A stretch of DNA of 64,000 nucleotides, from the NCBI RefSeq assembly GCF_002831645.1, contig NZ_CP025117.1:563514-627513 (forward strand). The letters run 5' to 3'. Made by a program: the position numbers and the translations under genes. The notes under the pieces are model-generated. The model did no database searches. It saw nothing but the letters and a program-made list of their open reading frames with translations, and was not told the DNA's origin. Below, in pieces: positions 20,701 to 29,693 of this stretch; position 1 is the stretch's first letter, and each line of letters starts with the position of its first letter. Source of the DNA: Olleya sp. Bg11-27 (GTDB taxonomy: Bacteria; Bacteroidota; Bacteroidia; Flavobacteriales; Flavobacteriaceae).

Positions 20701-22150
20701 TATAAAAAAACATATTAAAATTAGAAAGCTCTATGCAGTTGGTGTTTTAACATTAGTTTCCTTGTATTCTTGTGTCCCAACTAGAAACGTTAGAGAAGAA
20801 AACAAAGCGGTTCCTGAGCAGTTCAAAAGCCAAACAGCAGACACCACTAACACTGCTAACACTGCTAACATAGAATGGAAAAACTTTTTTTCGGACGCTA
20901 ATTTAGTCGCTTTAATAGACACTGCATTAGTTAACAATCAAGAGTTAAACATGATGCTGCAACAAGTAGATATGGCAAAAAACGAGATACAAGCCAAAAA
21001 AGGCGAGTACCTTCCATTTGTTAGTGCTTTCGCTGGAGCTGAAGTTGAAAAAGTAGGAGAATATACTAGAAATGGTGCAGTTGAAAAACATCTAGACATT
21101 CGTGAAGGTGAAGAATTTCCAGAACCATTAACTAATTTTTCAGCAGGACTTACAGCTTCTTGGGAATTGGATGTTTGGAAAAAACTTCGAAACGGAAAAA
21201 AAGCCGTAGTTTTAGAATATTTAGCTTCAGTTGAAGGTAAGAATTTTATGGTAACACAATTGGTAACCGAAATTGCAAGTTCATATTACGAGCTGATGGC
21301 ACTAGACAATCAATTGGGAATTATCGAACAAAATTTAGAGATTCAACAACAAGCTTTAAAAATGGTAAAACTTCAAAAAGAAGCCGCCAGAGCGACATTG
21401 TTAGCTGTAAGACGTTTTGAAGCCGATGTCTATAAAAACCAGAGTAACAAGTTTCTAGTTCAGCAAAAAATAGTTGAAACCGAAAATTTAATTAACTTTT
21501 TGGTTGGTCGTTATCCACAAACGATAACTAGAAGCTCTAATAATTTTATAACCACTACGGTAGATGCCATGTCTTCTGGAATCCCTGCTCAGTTATTAGC
21601 TAATCGTCCAGATATTAGACAAGCAGAATACGAGTTATCTGCCTCTAAACTAAATGTAAGTGTTGCAAAAGCTAATTTTTATCCTTCTATTGGTCTTAAA
21701 GCCGGTGTAGGCTTAGAGGCTTTTAAGCCTAAATATTTAACAAGTACTCCAGAATCTTTATTATACAATTTAGTTGGAGATGTGGTAGGCCCTTTAATTA
21801 ACAGAAATGCGATTAAAGCAGAGTATAAAAATGCAAATGACAGACAATTGCAAGCTGTTTTTGAATACGAAAAAACCATTTTAAATGCGTTTATGGAAGT
21901 CCAAAACCAACTATCTAATGTCGATAATCTTAAAAAAAGTTATGAGCTTAAAGAAGACCAAGTACAAGCACTTACAGAATCTATAGAATTATCACTTAGG
22001 CTATTTAGATCTGCAAGAGCAGAATACACAGAAGTATTACTTACGCAACGAGAAGCTTTAGATTCTAAAATTGAAATTATAGAAACTAAAAGGGATCAAT
22101 TATTAGCTAACGTAAAACTATACCAAGCTTTAGGTGGCGGTTGGAATTAA
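20693..22150 (+). CDS. Efflux outer-membrane factor (TolC/NodT family)
   Basis: Signal peptide and two OEP repeats. Overlaps the permease stop by 8 bp. Confidence 0.85.
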   Translation: MNNIKKHIKIRKLYAVGVLTLVSLYSCVPTRNVREENKAVPEQFKSQTADTTNTANTANIEWKNFFSDANLVALIDTALVNNQELNMMLQQVDMAKNEIQAKKGEYLPFVSAFAGAEVEKVGEYTRNGAVEKHLDIREGEEFPEPLTNFSAGLTASWELDVWKKLRNGKKAVVLEYLASVEGKNFMVTQLVTEIASSYYELMALDNQLGIIEQNLEIQQQALKMVKLQKEAARATLLAVRRFEADVYKNQSNKFLVQQKIVETENLINFLVGRYPQTITRSSNNFITTTVDAMSSGIPAQLLANRPDIRQAEYELSASKLNVSVAKANFYPSIGLKAGVGLEAFKPKYLTSTPESLLYNLVGDVVGPLINRNAIKAEYKNANDRQLQAVFEYEKTILNAFMEVQNQLSNVDNLKKSYELKEDQVQALTESIELSLRLFRSARAEYTEVLLTQREALDSKIEIIETKRDQLLANVKLYQALGGGWN

Positions 22151-22176
22151 ACCATAGTATTTTTTTTTCAAAATTT

Positions 22177-22207
22177 AAAACCGCTCAAGTCATTGAGCGG
22201 TTTTTTT
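22177..22207 (+). terminator. Rho-independent terminator after efflux operon
   Basis: aaaaccgctcaa-gtcat-tgagcggtttttt hairpin. Confidence 0.7.
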
Positions 22208-22222
22208 AGTTATTTTTGTTTT

Positions 22223-23134
22223 ATGCTCGACGTTAAAAACCTTACCTTTTCTTATAATAAAACACCTGTTTTAAAAGATATTTATTTCACTGCTAATCAA
22301 GGTGAAAATGTTGCCATTATTGGCGAAAGTGGCTCAGGAAAAAGCACCTTGCTAAATCTTATTTTTGGCGAATCCGACTTAAATCAAGGCCAGATTTTCT
22401 GGAAAGACAACGAAATTTTAGGCCCTAAATACAATTTAGTTGTCGGTTACGAATTCATGAAATACGTCTCTCAAGAATTTGACTTGATGCCTTTTATAAC
22501 CGTTGAAGAAAATATAGGCAAACACCTGTCTAATTTTTTTCCAGAAGAAAAAAAAGAACGCACCGCAGAACTTCTAGAAGTCGTAGAGCTTACAGAGCTT
22601 GCTAAAACCAAAGTAAAAACTTTAAGTGGTGGACAAAAACAACGTGTAGCATTAGCTCGTGCGTTAGCAAAACAGCCCGAAATTATTTTATTGGACGAGC
22701 CTTTTAGTCATATTGACAACTTCCAAAAACAATCGCTTAGACGTAATGTGTTTAGATATTTAAAAGATAAAAACATTACATGTATCGTTGCAACCCACGA
22801 CAGAGAAGATGTTTTAGGTTTTGCAGACAGAATGATTGTTTTATATGACAACAAAATTGTTGTTAATGATAGCCCAGAAAATTTATTCAAAAATCCAGAA
22901 GCACCATTAATAGCTTCGTTTTTTGGTGAGTTTAATATAATTAACGCCTCGATAATTTATGCGCATCAATTAAAAATGGTATCACATTCTGAGCTTAAAG
23001 CGACTGTAATACATTCTTATTTTAAAGGACACTACTACTTAATTGAAGCTTTATTAGATGACGATATTGTGTTTTTTGAAAACAAAATTTTATTAGAAAA
23101 AAATCAAACCGTTTATCTTCAAAAACAACTATAG
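22223..23134 (+). CDS. ABC transporter ATP-binding protein (solo ATPase)
   Basis: Walker A GESGSGKST, signature LSGGQKQRVALARAL and Walker B ILLDEP. Start moved to the ATG after the upstream terminator; the track ORF starts at 22193, inside the hairpin. Confidence 0.8.
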   Translation: MLDVKNLTFSYNKTPVLKDIYFTANQGENVAIIGESGSGKSTLLNLIFGESDLNQGQIFWKDNEILGPKYNLVVGYEFMKYVSQEFDLMPFITVEENIGKHLSNFFPEEKKERTAELLEVVELTELAKTKVKTLSGGQKQRVALARALAKQPEIILLDEPFSHIDNFQKQSLRRNVFRYLKDKNITCIVATHDREDVLGFADRMIVLYDNKIVVNDSPENLFKNPEAPLIASFFGEFNIINASIIYAHQLKMVSHSELKATVIHSYFKGHYYLIEALLDDDIVFFENKILLEKNQTVYLQKQL

Positions 23135-24850
23135 ATCTTCACGTTCGGCATACTGCAATTCATTAGGTAATTCCACTGAAGAAAACTCCAAATGCAATAC
23201 ACGACGTCTTTTTTGCACCGTTGTTTGAGAAGAGGCATGCAATAATAAAGGTTTTATTAACTGCACACCGCCAGCAGCAACTTCACTGACAAAGGGAATT
23301 GAATTATTAGAAATAAGTTGTATTTCTTCATCATTTAAACGTTTATTGTGTGACCCCGGAATCACTTTTAAAGCCCCATTTTTAATTGTCGTATCATCCA
23401 AATGAATACGCATCGCGAAAGTGTTTTTAGAAATATTTTCAGGTGGACAAACACTAATGACTCCTTTTTTATTAGTCCATGACTTAAACCCCTCAATTTC
23501 TACTTTTTCAGAAACATTTATAGGTACATCTTGATGCCAGCTAACATACCAATTGTCCTTTGGTGATTTATCAAAATAAATAGCTTTAGTTAAAAACACG
23601 TTTTTACTGATTGAGTTAATCAGTTTCTTACAATTCTTATTAAATAAAATATCTTTTAATTCTGGCACCTTTTTTAAGACTTCACGCATTCCAAAAGTCT
23701 GCTCACCATGCGTTTTTATATAAGTATCCAACCTCGCTTTTAGTTTTCTAATATCTCTTTTTGAATACACGTGATTTAAAATTCCAAAACCTTTATACTC
23801 TAATCGTTTTGCAACGGTACGTAGATTCTTATCATTAATTTCTGTCTCGTAAGCATCCACAGCATCATACAAACGTTCTTTTATATTTCGCTTTAAACGT
23901 TCTGGAGCAATTACTTTTACGCCTTCGCCTAGACCTAAAATTTCTTTTTCGAGCTCAAAATTTAGCTGCACGTCCAAAGCTATTGTTACACCATAATTAT
24001 CACGACTAACTTCTCTCTGAGAATGATGAAAAGGTTTCGTTAACACATAAGGCGCGTGTCTATGATTAACGTACAGCAACACAGCATCAGGGTCTAAATG
24101 TGGACTTACAGAAACCCCAATAACATCCTTATAATATGTTTCGGAATTAAATGTTGCATCAAAGACAAAACTATTTTCACTTTTATTTAAGGCAAATATC
24201 CGGTCTAAAGCTAAATTCATTACCCCTTCATTTTTGTTTCGTTTACCTATAATAAACCAGCGGTTTCTAAATTCTTTTAGCAAATACGGATGAAACACAA
24301 AGGTGTTTTCTTGTCTAGCCTTAAAGGATTGGTAAGTAATATCTATCGCTTCTTTCTTCAAAATAAACTGATAGAGTTTATCTAAATATTTTAAACCTTT
24401 TAAGTTGTCATTTTTTTCGAAATCTATTAATGACTTCTCATGTGTTTTTTGAGTATACACATGGTCTTCTAGTTTTTGAACCATGCTACCCAATTCATCA
24501 AAATGAGAAAAACCTTGAAACTGTTTTAAAAAAGAAACCGCTTCCGACAACTTAGTTAAATCTTGATTAGAAATCGGACTATTTGTAATACTATACTCTT
24601 CAGTTTCATATTTATAATACTTCCTATTGTAAACTACAATTGGTGCATTATAACCCAATTTGTCGCTACGCATCATTTGCAAGTCCAATTGCACTGTACG
24701 TTTACTAACATCTACATCTTTACCTTCATAGTCATACAAGGCATCAGAAACCGCTTCAATTAAATCATTAAGCGTCCATTGCTTAAAATTGTTTTGAAGG
24801 CATTTATCTATGGTTTTGTAGCGGATTAATGCGTTTTTATTTACTGCCAT
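23129..24850 (-). CDS. WYL-domain transcriptional regulator (HTH-WYL-WCX) fused to C-terminal PhyH-like Fe(II)/2OG dioxygenase domain
   Basis: N-terminal HTH (VSKRTVQLDLQMM). WYL core ITYQSF...FHPYLLKEFRNRWFIIGK...LALDRI. WCX-like segment, then WHQD, ALKVIPGSH and LLLHASSQ facial-triad motifs of phytanoyl-CoA dioxygenase-type oxygenases. Confidence 0.6.
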   Translation of the reverse strand: MAVNKNALIRYKTIDKCLQNNFKQWTLNDLIEAVSDALYDYEGKDVDVSKRTVQLDLQMMRSDKLGYNAPIVVYNRKYYKYETEEYSITNSPISNQDLTKLSEAVSFLKQFQGFSHFDELGSMVQKLEDHVYTQKTHEKSLIDFEKNDNLKGLKYLDKLYQFILKKEAIDITYQSFKARQENTFVFHPYLLKEFRNRWFIIGKRNKNEGVMNLALDRIFALNKSENSFVFDATFNSETYYKDVIGVSVSPHLDPDAVLLYVNHRHAPYVLTKPFHHSQREVSRDNYGVTIALDVQLNFELEKEILGLGEGVKVIAPERLKRNIKERLYDAVDAYETEINDKNLRTVAKRLEYKGFGILNHVYSKRDIRKLKARLDTYIKTHGEQTFGMREVLKKVPELKDILFNKNCKKLINSISKNVFLTKAIYFDKSPKDNWYVSWHQDVPINVSEKVEIEGFKSWTNKKGVISVCPPENISKNTFAMRIHLDDTTIKNGALKVIPGSHNKRLNDEEIQLISNNSIPFVSEVAAGGVQLIKPLLLHASSQTTVQKRRRVLHLEFSSVELPNELQYAEREDL

Positions 24851-24890
24851 TTTCTAAAATATTTCTTGTAATTTATAAGAAAATATCTAG

Positions 24891-24909
24891 TACGCAAAAA
24901 GATTGCGTA
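24891..24909. promoter_or_regulatory. Perfect palindromic operator TACGCAA-aaaga-TTGCGTA in divergent promoter region
   Basis: Exact 7-bp inverted repeat with a 5-bp spacer, between the WYL-regulator start (24850) and the ORF at 24943. Near-identical copies at 30253 and 32920. Confidence 0.55.
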
Positions 24910-24942
24910 TCAAAGCTTATTCTTTGTGTCAAATAATAAACA

Positions 24943-25461
24943 ATGGAAGCTTTAAAATTAAAAATATTCGACGTTTTAACTAAGAAAATAGCTGTTTCAG
25001 AATTTGAAAATTGGCTGTATGATTCAGAAGAAATTATAGAAAACATTGAGTTGAATACAATTTATTTTGATGCAATTTCAATTAACTACAAAGGTAAAAA
25101 CTGGAGTACAGATTTAAATAATATAGCCTTAAATTATTTAGGTGAAACCTATAACGAAATAATAGAAATAAATAAATTATGTTCAGCCATAATTGAGTCT
25201 GAGGCTTTTCCAGAAACTCATAATCTTTTAAGCGATTTACAAAGAAATTTTGATTTTGATAAAGACTACTCTGTATTATGGAAATTATATATTTTGAAAG
25301 ATTATTTTGATTTGGTATCCGAAGGTGTTTGCCAAATAGGCACATTTAAAAAAGAAGCAGACTATTATTCAAAAAAAGCCTTAGAAATAATTCTAAAAAA
25401 TGAAAAAATAAACGAAATCAAAACTAAATTAGAAATAATTTTAGAAGATTTTAAACCATAA
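24943..25461 (+). CDS. Hypothetical protein (first gene downstream of operator)
   Basis: 172 aa, no recognisable motif. Confidence 0.45.
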   Translation: MEALKLKIFDVLTKKIAVSEFENWLYDSEEIIENIELNTIYFDAISINYKGKNWSTDLNNIALNYLGETYNEIIEINKLCSAIIESEAFPETHNLLSDLQRNFDFDKDYSVLWKLYILKDYFDLVSEGVCQIGTFKKEADYYSKKALEIILKNEKINEIKTKLEIILEDFKP

Positions 25462-25737
25462 ATCAAAAATTCCTTGCTTTTTTCAAAAAAATATAATACT
25501 TCGTATTATGCAAGCTGATTTTCAAAAAAAGAAAAATAAATTTTGTAAAGTCGAAAAATAATCTAAATATTTGCACTCAGGAAATAGCAATTCCAAACAA
25601 ATACTAAAAATCAATTATTAACAAAACACGAAGCTATGTATATATTCATATCAAATCAAAATCGTCCAAAAGGTATTCTGCCTTTTATGATGCTTCGTGA
25701 GTATTTTAGTTAATACAACTTTTCAAATTATAAATGA

Positions 25738-25778
25738 AAAACCCGAAGCAATTTAAAAACTGTTTCGGGTTTTTTATT
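25738..25778 (+). terminator. Rho-independent terminator (possibly ending a small transcript)
   Basis: aacccgaa...ttcgggtt hairpin plus T-run, ~280 bp downstream of the previous stop codon. Confidence 0.55.
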
Positions 25779-26153
25779 TCCAGTCCAACCAGTTAACATT
25801 TAATTTTATTACTAAAGAAAATAATGTTTTTTTTCTTTATGTAAAGAAGAAAAATAAAACATAACCTTAGTTATGGTTTCTTTTTATCCTGAAAGAGAAA
25901 GGAAAAAAGGGTGTTTTATAGTGATTAAATTAAGTATTAACTGGTGTAAAGCAAGCCTGCTAAAACATTACCCAAAACAGTAGTAAACACAACCAGAATT
26001 ACATTTTATCCGTAGTCGACGCGTTTCAGAATGTATTTCAAAAAAAACAAATTTAAAAATGAAATACACGTATTCAATTTAAGCACAGATTCCAAATTGG
26101 GAGTAATTACAGGAATCATTTAAAACAGACAAAACCAATAAAAAAAATGTCTA

Positions 26154-26843
26154 ATGAAACCAGTAAACATAAAAACAACGCGACAAAAAGAAGTGCGTCG
26201 TTTACAAAAGAGACAACAGGAAATTTGGAAACTTCAACGAGCGTTAGGTTATACAAAATTAGATAAACCTATACGTCACGGTTGGTACAAGGAAATTGTA
26301 ATGACTAATCGTATAGAAATCTATAGAAATAAGGATTTGATTTTAGAAATCTACGAAAAGCTTGAAAAAGCCTTTTGGGCGAAGACTAAAGAGAAAGCTG
26401 CCTTTAAATGGCAACACCAAACATCAATACATCTTATTTATAAAGATATTCCGACTCTAAGTAAACGGCAATTTAATAAGCTAAGTGATGGCGCAAAACA
26501 GTTATGTATTCCGTTTGAATATTATACGAGAAAACAGAAATTAAGAACTCGATTTTATACTAAAATTCCAAAAGGCTCTTATAAAATTAAATTTACAAGA
26601 GCATACATAACACATAGACAACGTATAGATCCTGAAATAATTAGCGAAACCGATTACATCGCTTCAAAGCTTAATAAAAAAGGATATTATAACATCGCAG
26701 AAGCTTCAAATCCTTGGAAAGATGACTGGAATGACTCTAGTTACAAACAAGAACAATTAAGAACAAAAAGAGGTCTGAATGAGCTAAAAAAATATGCTCT
26801 AGAAGATATCATTAAAGACACCATATTATGGGAAAGAAATTAA
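26154..26843 (+). CDS. Hypothetical highly basic protein, translationally coupled to rtcB
   Basis: 229 aa, Lys/Arg-rich (TRQKEVRRLQKRQQ...). Overlaps the rtcB start by 16 bp. No known domain recognised. Confidence 0.45.
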   Translation: MKPVNIKTTRQKEVRRLQKRQQEIWKLQRALGYTKLDKPIRHGWYKEIVMTNRIEIYRNKDLILEIYEKLEKAFWAKTKEKAAFKWQHQTSIHLIYKDIPTLSKRQFNKLSDGAKQLCIPFEYYTRKQKLRTRFYTKIPKGSYKIKFTRAYITHRQRIDPEIISETDYIASKLNKKGYYNIAEASNPWKDDWNDSSYKQEQLRTKRGLNELKKYALEDIIKDTILWERN

Positions 26844-28219
26844 GCGGAAAAGACTTAATCAAATTAGGCTTTCCAAAAAACAACAGTATTAATGTGACTT
26901 TAGGTCAAATTAATCGCTATCAAAAACGCGTTAAAAAAGAACGGATATTAGAAGACGCAAAAAAAGTATTATTACATCCAGAAAATTATAAAGGCGATGG
27001 CATTTGGGGAAAAATAGCAGAAAGCCTGCTAGACCCAGTAAACGTAACAAAGCAAAAGTTAAACACACATCGTGTGCCATTTCAAATTTATGGAGAGCAT
27101 GAGATTGACGACCAAGCAAAATACCAATTGTACGACGCTTTAAAACTACCTATTGCAGTTGCAGGTGCTTTAATGCCCGATGCCCACGTAGGTTATGGCT
27201 TACCAATTGGTGGTGTTTTAGCAACAAAAAATGCAGTAATTCCTTATGGAGTAGGCGTAGATATTGGATGCAGAATGTGTTTAACTATTTATCCAGTAAA
27301 AGCTTCTTATTTAAAAGGTAAAAAACATCAATTGGAGACTATTTTGTCTGAACACACAAAGTTTGGAATGTATGAAACACATAAAACTAAGCATGATGAT
27401 CCTATTTTTGAGCGTGACGAATTTAAAATCATTCCGTTAGTAAAACGCTTAAAAGACAAAGCCTTTAAGCAATTAGGAACCTCTGGTGGAGGGAATCATT
27501 TTGTAGAATTTGGAGAGGTAAGCATTACAGATATTAATAACGAATGGGATTTACCATTAGGAGAATACCTAGGTGTTTTATCGCATAGTGGCTCACGTGG
27601 TTTAGGCGCGAACATCGCTAAACACTATACATATTTAGCAACAAAGCAATGTCCGTTACCAAAACACGTACAACATTTAGCATGGCTAGATTTAAATACA
27701 CACGACGGACAAGAATACTGGTTAGCTATGAATTTAGCTGGAGATTATGCACAAGCATGCCATGACAACATTCATAAGCGAATAGCCAAATTATTGGGAG
27801 AAAGACCGCTTGCTAAAATAGCCAATCATCACAATTTTGCTTGGAAAGAAAATGTGAACGGAGAAGACTGTATAGTCCACAGAAAAGGAGCAACACCAGC
27901 TAAAAAGGGAGCGCTAGGTATTATTCCAGGATCTATGACGGCACCAGGGTTTATAGTACGCGGCCTAGGAAATAAAGACAGCTTACAATCGGCATCGCAC
28001 GGTGCGGGCAGACTATTATCTAGACGACAATGTAAAATGACATTAACACAAAGTGCCGTAAAAAAAGAATTACAAAAACACGACGTCTCTTTAATTGGCG
28101 GTGGTATTGACGAAGCTCCAATGGCTTATAAAAACATTGAAAGCGTCATGCAAAACCAATTAGAACTAGTGGAAGTCGTTGGCAAGTTTACGCCTAAAAT
28201 TGTAAGAATGGCAAGGTAA
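26828..28219 (+). CDS. rtcB: RtcB-family RNA 3'-phosphate ligase (paralog 1) with ~90-aa N-terminal extension
   Basis: Motifs MPDAHVGYG, GGVLA, GGNHF, SHSGSRGLG, ANHHNFAW and HRKGATPA. Confidence 0.9.
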   Translation: MGKKLSGKDLIKLGFPKNNSINVTLGQINRYQKRVKKERILEDAKKVLLHPENYKGDGIWGKIAESLLDPVNVTKQKLNTHRVPFQIYGEHEIDDQAKYQLYDALKLPIAVAGALMPDAHVGYGLPIGGVLATKNAVIPYGVGVDIGCRMCLTIYPVKASYLKGKKHQLETILSEHTKFGMYETHKTKHDDPIFERDEFKIIPLVKRLKDKAFKQLGTSGGGNHFVEFGEVSITDINNEWDLPLGEYLGVLSHSGSRGLGANIAKHYTYLATKQCPLPKHVQHLAWLDLNTHDGQEYWLAMNLAGDYAQACHDNIHKRIAKLLGERPLAKIANHHNFAWKENVNGEDCIVHRKGATPAKKGALGIIPGSMTAPGFIVRGLGNKDSLQSASHGAGRLLSRRQCKMTLTQSAVKKELQKHDVSLIGGGIDEAPMAYKNIESVMQNQLELVEVVGKFTPKIVRMAR

Positions 28220-28286
28220 TAAACGTTAGGCGTTACCTAAAAAGGTCGGGCTCTCGGCAGTCGCTCTCTTCGAGGAGCTTCAACAA

Positions 28287-28877
28287 ATGCCTCCATCCCT
28301 AACGCAAAAAAAACAGAAAACAATGGAACAAAATCATAACATAAAAAGATACGGAGAACAATGGCCAAGCTATAGAATAAATCAAGGTTTGGACATTTTA
28401 AATAAATTAAAAACATGGGTTGTAATTTCTGGAGGTTGGGCATGGCATTTTATGTCACCAGAAGATCATACAGAATATAAACATGCACACGACCATAAGG
28501 ATATAGACATTTTTGTAAACCCTAAAAATGTGGCAGAAGTAATGGTAATATTAACTAAAGACGGTTTTGAAAAAGTCTGGACAAGATACGACCACATGCC
28601 AAGTAATGAAAACTTTAGACGCTACGAGAAATTAGATTGGTTAGATAATGGGAAGCAAGTAAGAGTGACAATAGATTTTTTCGAATCTAGTACTGTTGAA
28701 ACTACTAAAGTAAACGGTTGGAATTTAGTAGAACCTAAAACCTTATTAAGTTATTACTCCAACATTCATTCTAGTGATAAATGCTGGGCAGTAAAAGCAG
28801 CACTGCAATTAATTGAAAAAGGAAAAAGCCCCATAGGCAGTGCTTTATTATCTAAAAATCCTTTAGAAAAAGTATAG
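28287..28877 (+). CDS. Lnu/ANT(2'')-like nucleotidyltransferase-fold protein (start may be Met at 28323)
   Basis: VISGGWAWHF...HKDIDIFV matches the hG[GS]...DhD minimal NTase signature. It resembles lincosamide nucleotidyltransferase LnuA (LDGGWGVDVL...HRDIDIDF). Confidence 0.5.
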   Translation: MPPSLTQKKQKTMEQNHNIKRYGEQWPSYRINQGLDILNKLKTWVVISGGWAWHFMSPEDHTEYKHAHDHKDIDIFVNPKNVAEVMVILTKDGFEKVWTRYDHMPSNENFRRYEKLDWLDNGKQVRVTIDFFESSTVETTKVNGWNLVEPKTLLSYYSNIHSSDKCWAVKAALQLIEKGKSPIGSALLSKNPLEKV

Positions 28878-28993
28878 TAAAAATATTAGGGTGTTCCTCT
28901 AAAAAGAAACGGACAAGCATGCGCTTTGGTATGACTTAGCGCATCCGTTTTAAGCTACAGAAATAACTTAATAATTAGAAAACAATATTAAAA

Positions 28994-29689
28994 ATGAAAA
29001 CTAAAATAATACAAATAACCTCAGGTCGAGGACCATCAGAATGCTGTTGGGTTGTGGCTCAAGTTCTAAAACATTTTTTAGAAGCTATAAAGCAAAATGG
29101 TATTGATTATAAAATATTACAAAGAGAAAAAGGCATTGAAAACATGACATTACAATCTGTCACTGTTCAATTAAAAGCAAAAACTCTAAATCAATTTTTA
29201 AGTCAATGGATTGGCACAATACAGTGGGTAGGTGTTTCAAAGTTCAGACCACAACACAAACGCAAAAATTGGTTTGTTGCTTTAAATGAAATAGAACAGA
29301 AACAACACTTTGAAATTAATGAAAACGATATTTCATATCAAGCCACAAGAAGTTCTGGACCTGGAGGACAACATGTAAACAAAGTAAGTTCGGCTATTAG
29401 AGCTATTCACGAACCAACTAAAACACAAGTATTAGTCATGGACAGTCGCTCGCAACATCAAAACAAAAAAATTGCTAAAACACGTTTACAAGAAAAAGTT
29501 ACAGAAATACAATTGCAAAGACTAAAGTCTAGCATTAAAAATCAATGGGAGAACCACTTAAACATAGAACGTGGTAATCCAATACAAGTTTTTAAAGGAT
29601 TCGATTTTAAAAAAAACACAATTGTAAAAACGTATAAAAAACAAGGTAATACATTAAAAAATGAATTGCGAGAACAATTAAACAACTAA
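28994..29689 (+). CDS. prfH: Peptide chain release factor H
   Basis: Matches E. coli PrfH: SGRGPSECC, GTIQW, RKNWF, RSSGPGGQHVNK (GGQ), SRSQHQNK and IERGNP. The short 231-aa form lacks the codon-recognition domain. Confidence 0.85.
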   Translation: MKTKIIQITSGRGPSECCWVVAQVLKHFLEAIKQNGIDYKILQREKGIENMTLQSVTVQLKAKTLNQFLSQWIGTIQWVGVSKFRPQHKRKNWFVALNEIEQKQHFEINENDISYQATRSSGPGGQHVNKVSSAIRAIHEPTKTQVLVMDSRSQHQNKKIAKTRLQEKVTEIQLQRLKSSIKNQWENHLNIERGNPIQVFKGFDFKKNTIVKTYKKQGNTLKNELREQLNN

Positions 29690-29693
29690 AACA

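Noticed and set aside
25461-26153. Possible CRISPR array or tandem repeats in the large AT-rich intergenic gap
   Set aside because: No regularly spaced direct repeats were found. Only simple A/T tracts and isolated hairpins.
28237-28443. 68-aa minus-strand ORF across the GC-rich element
   Set aside because: Overlaps the start of the NTase-like gene. No RBS or promoter context. More likely a structured non-coding segment.
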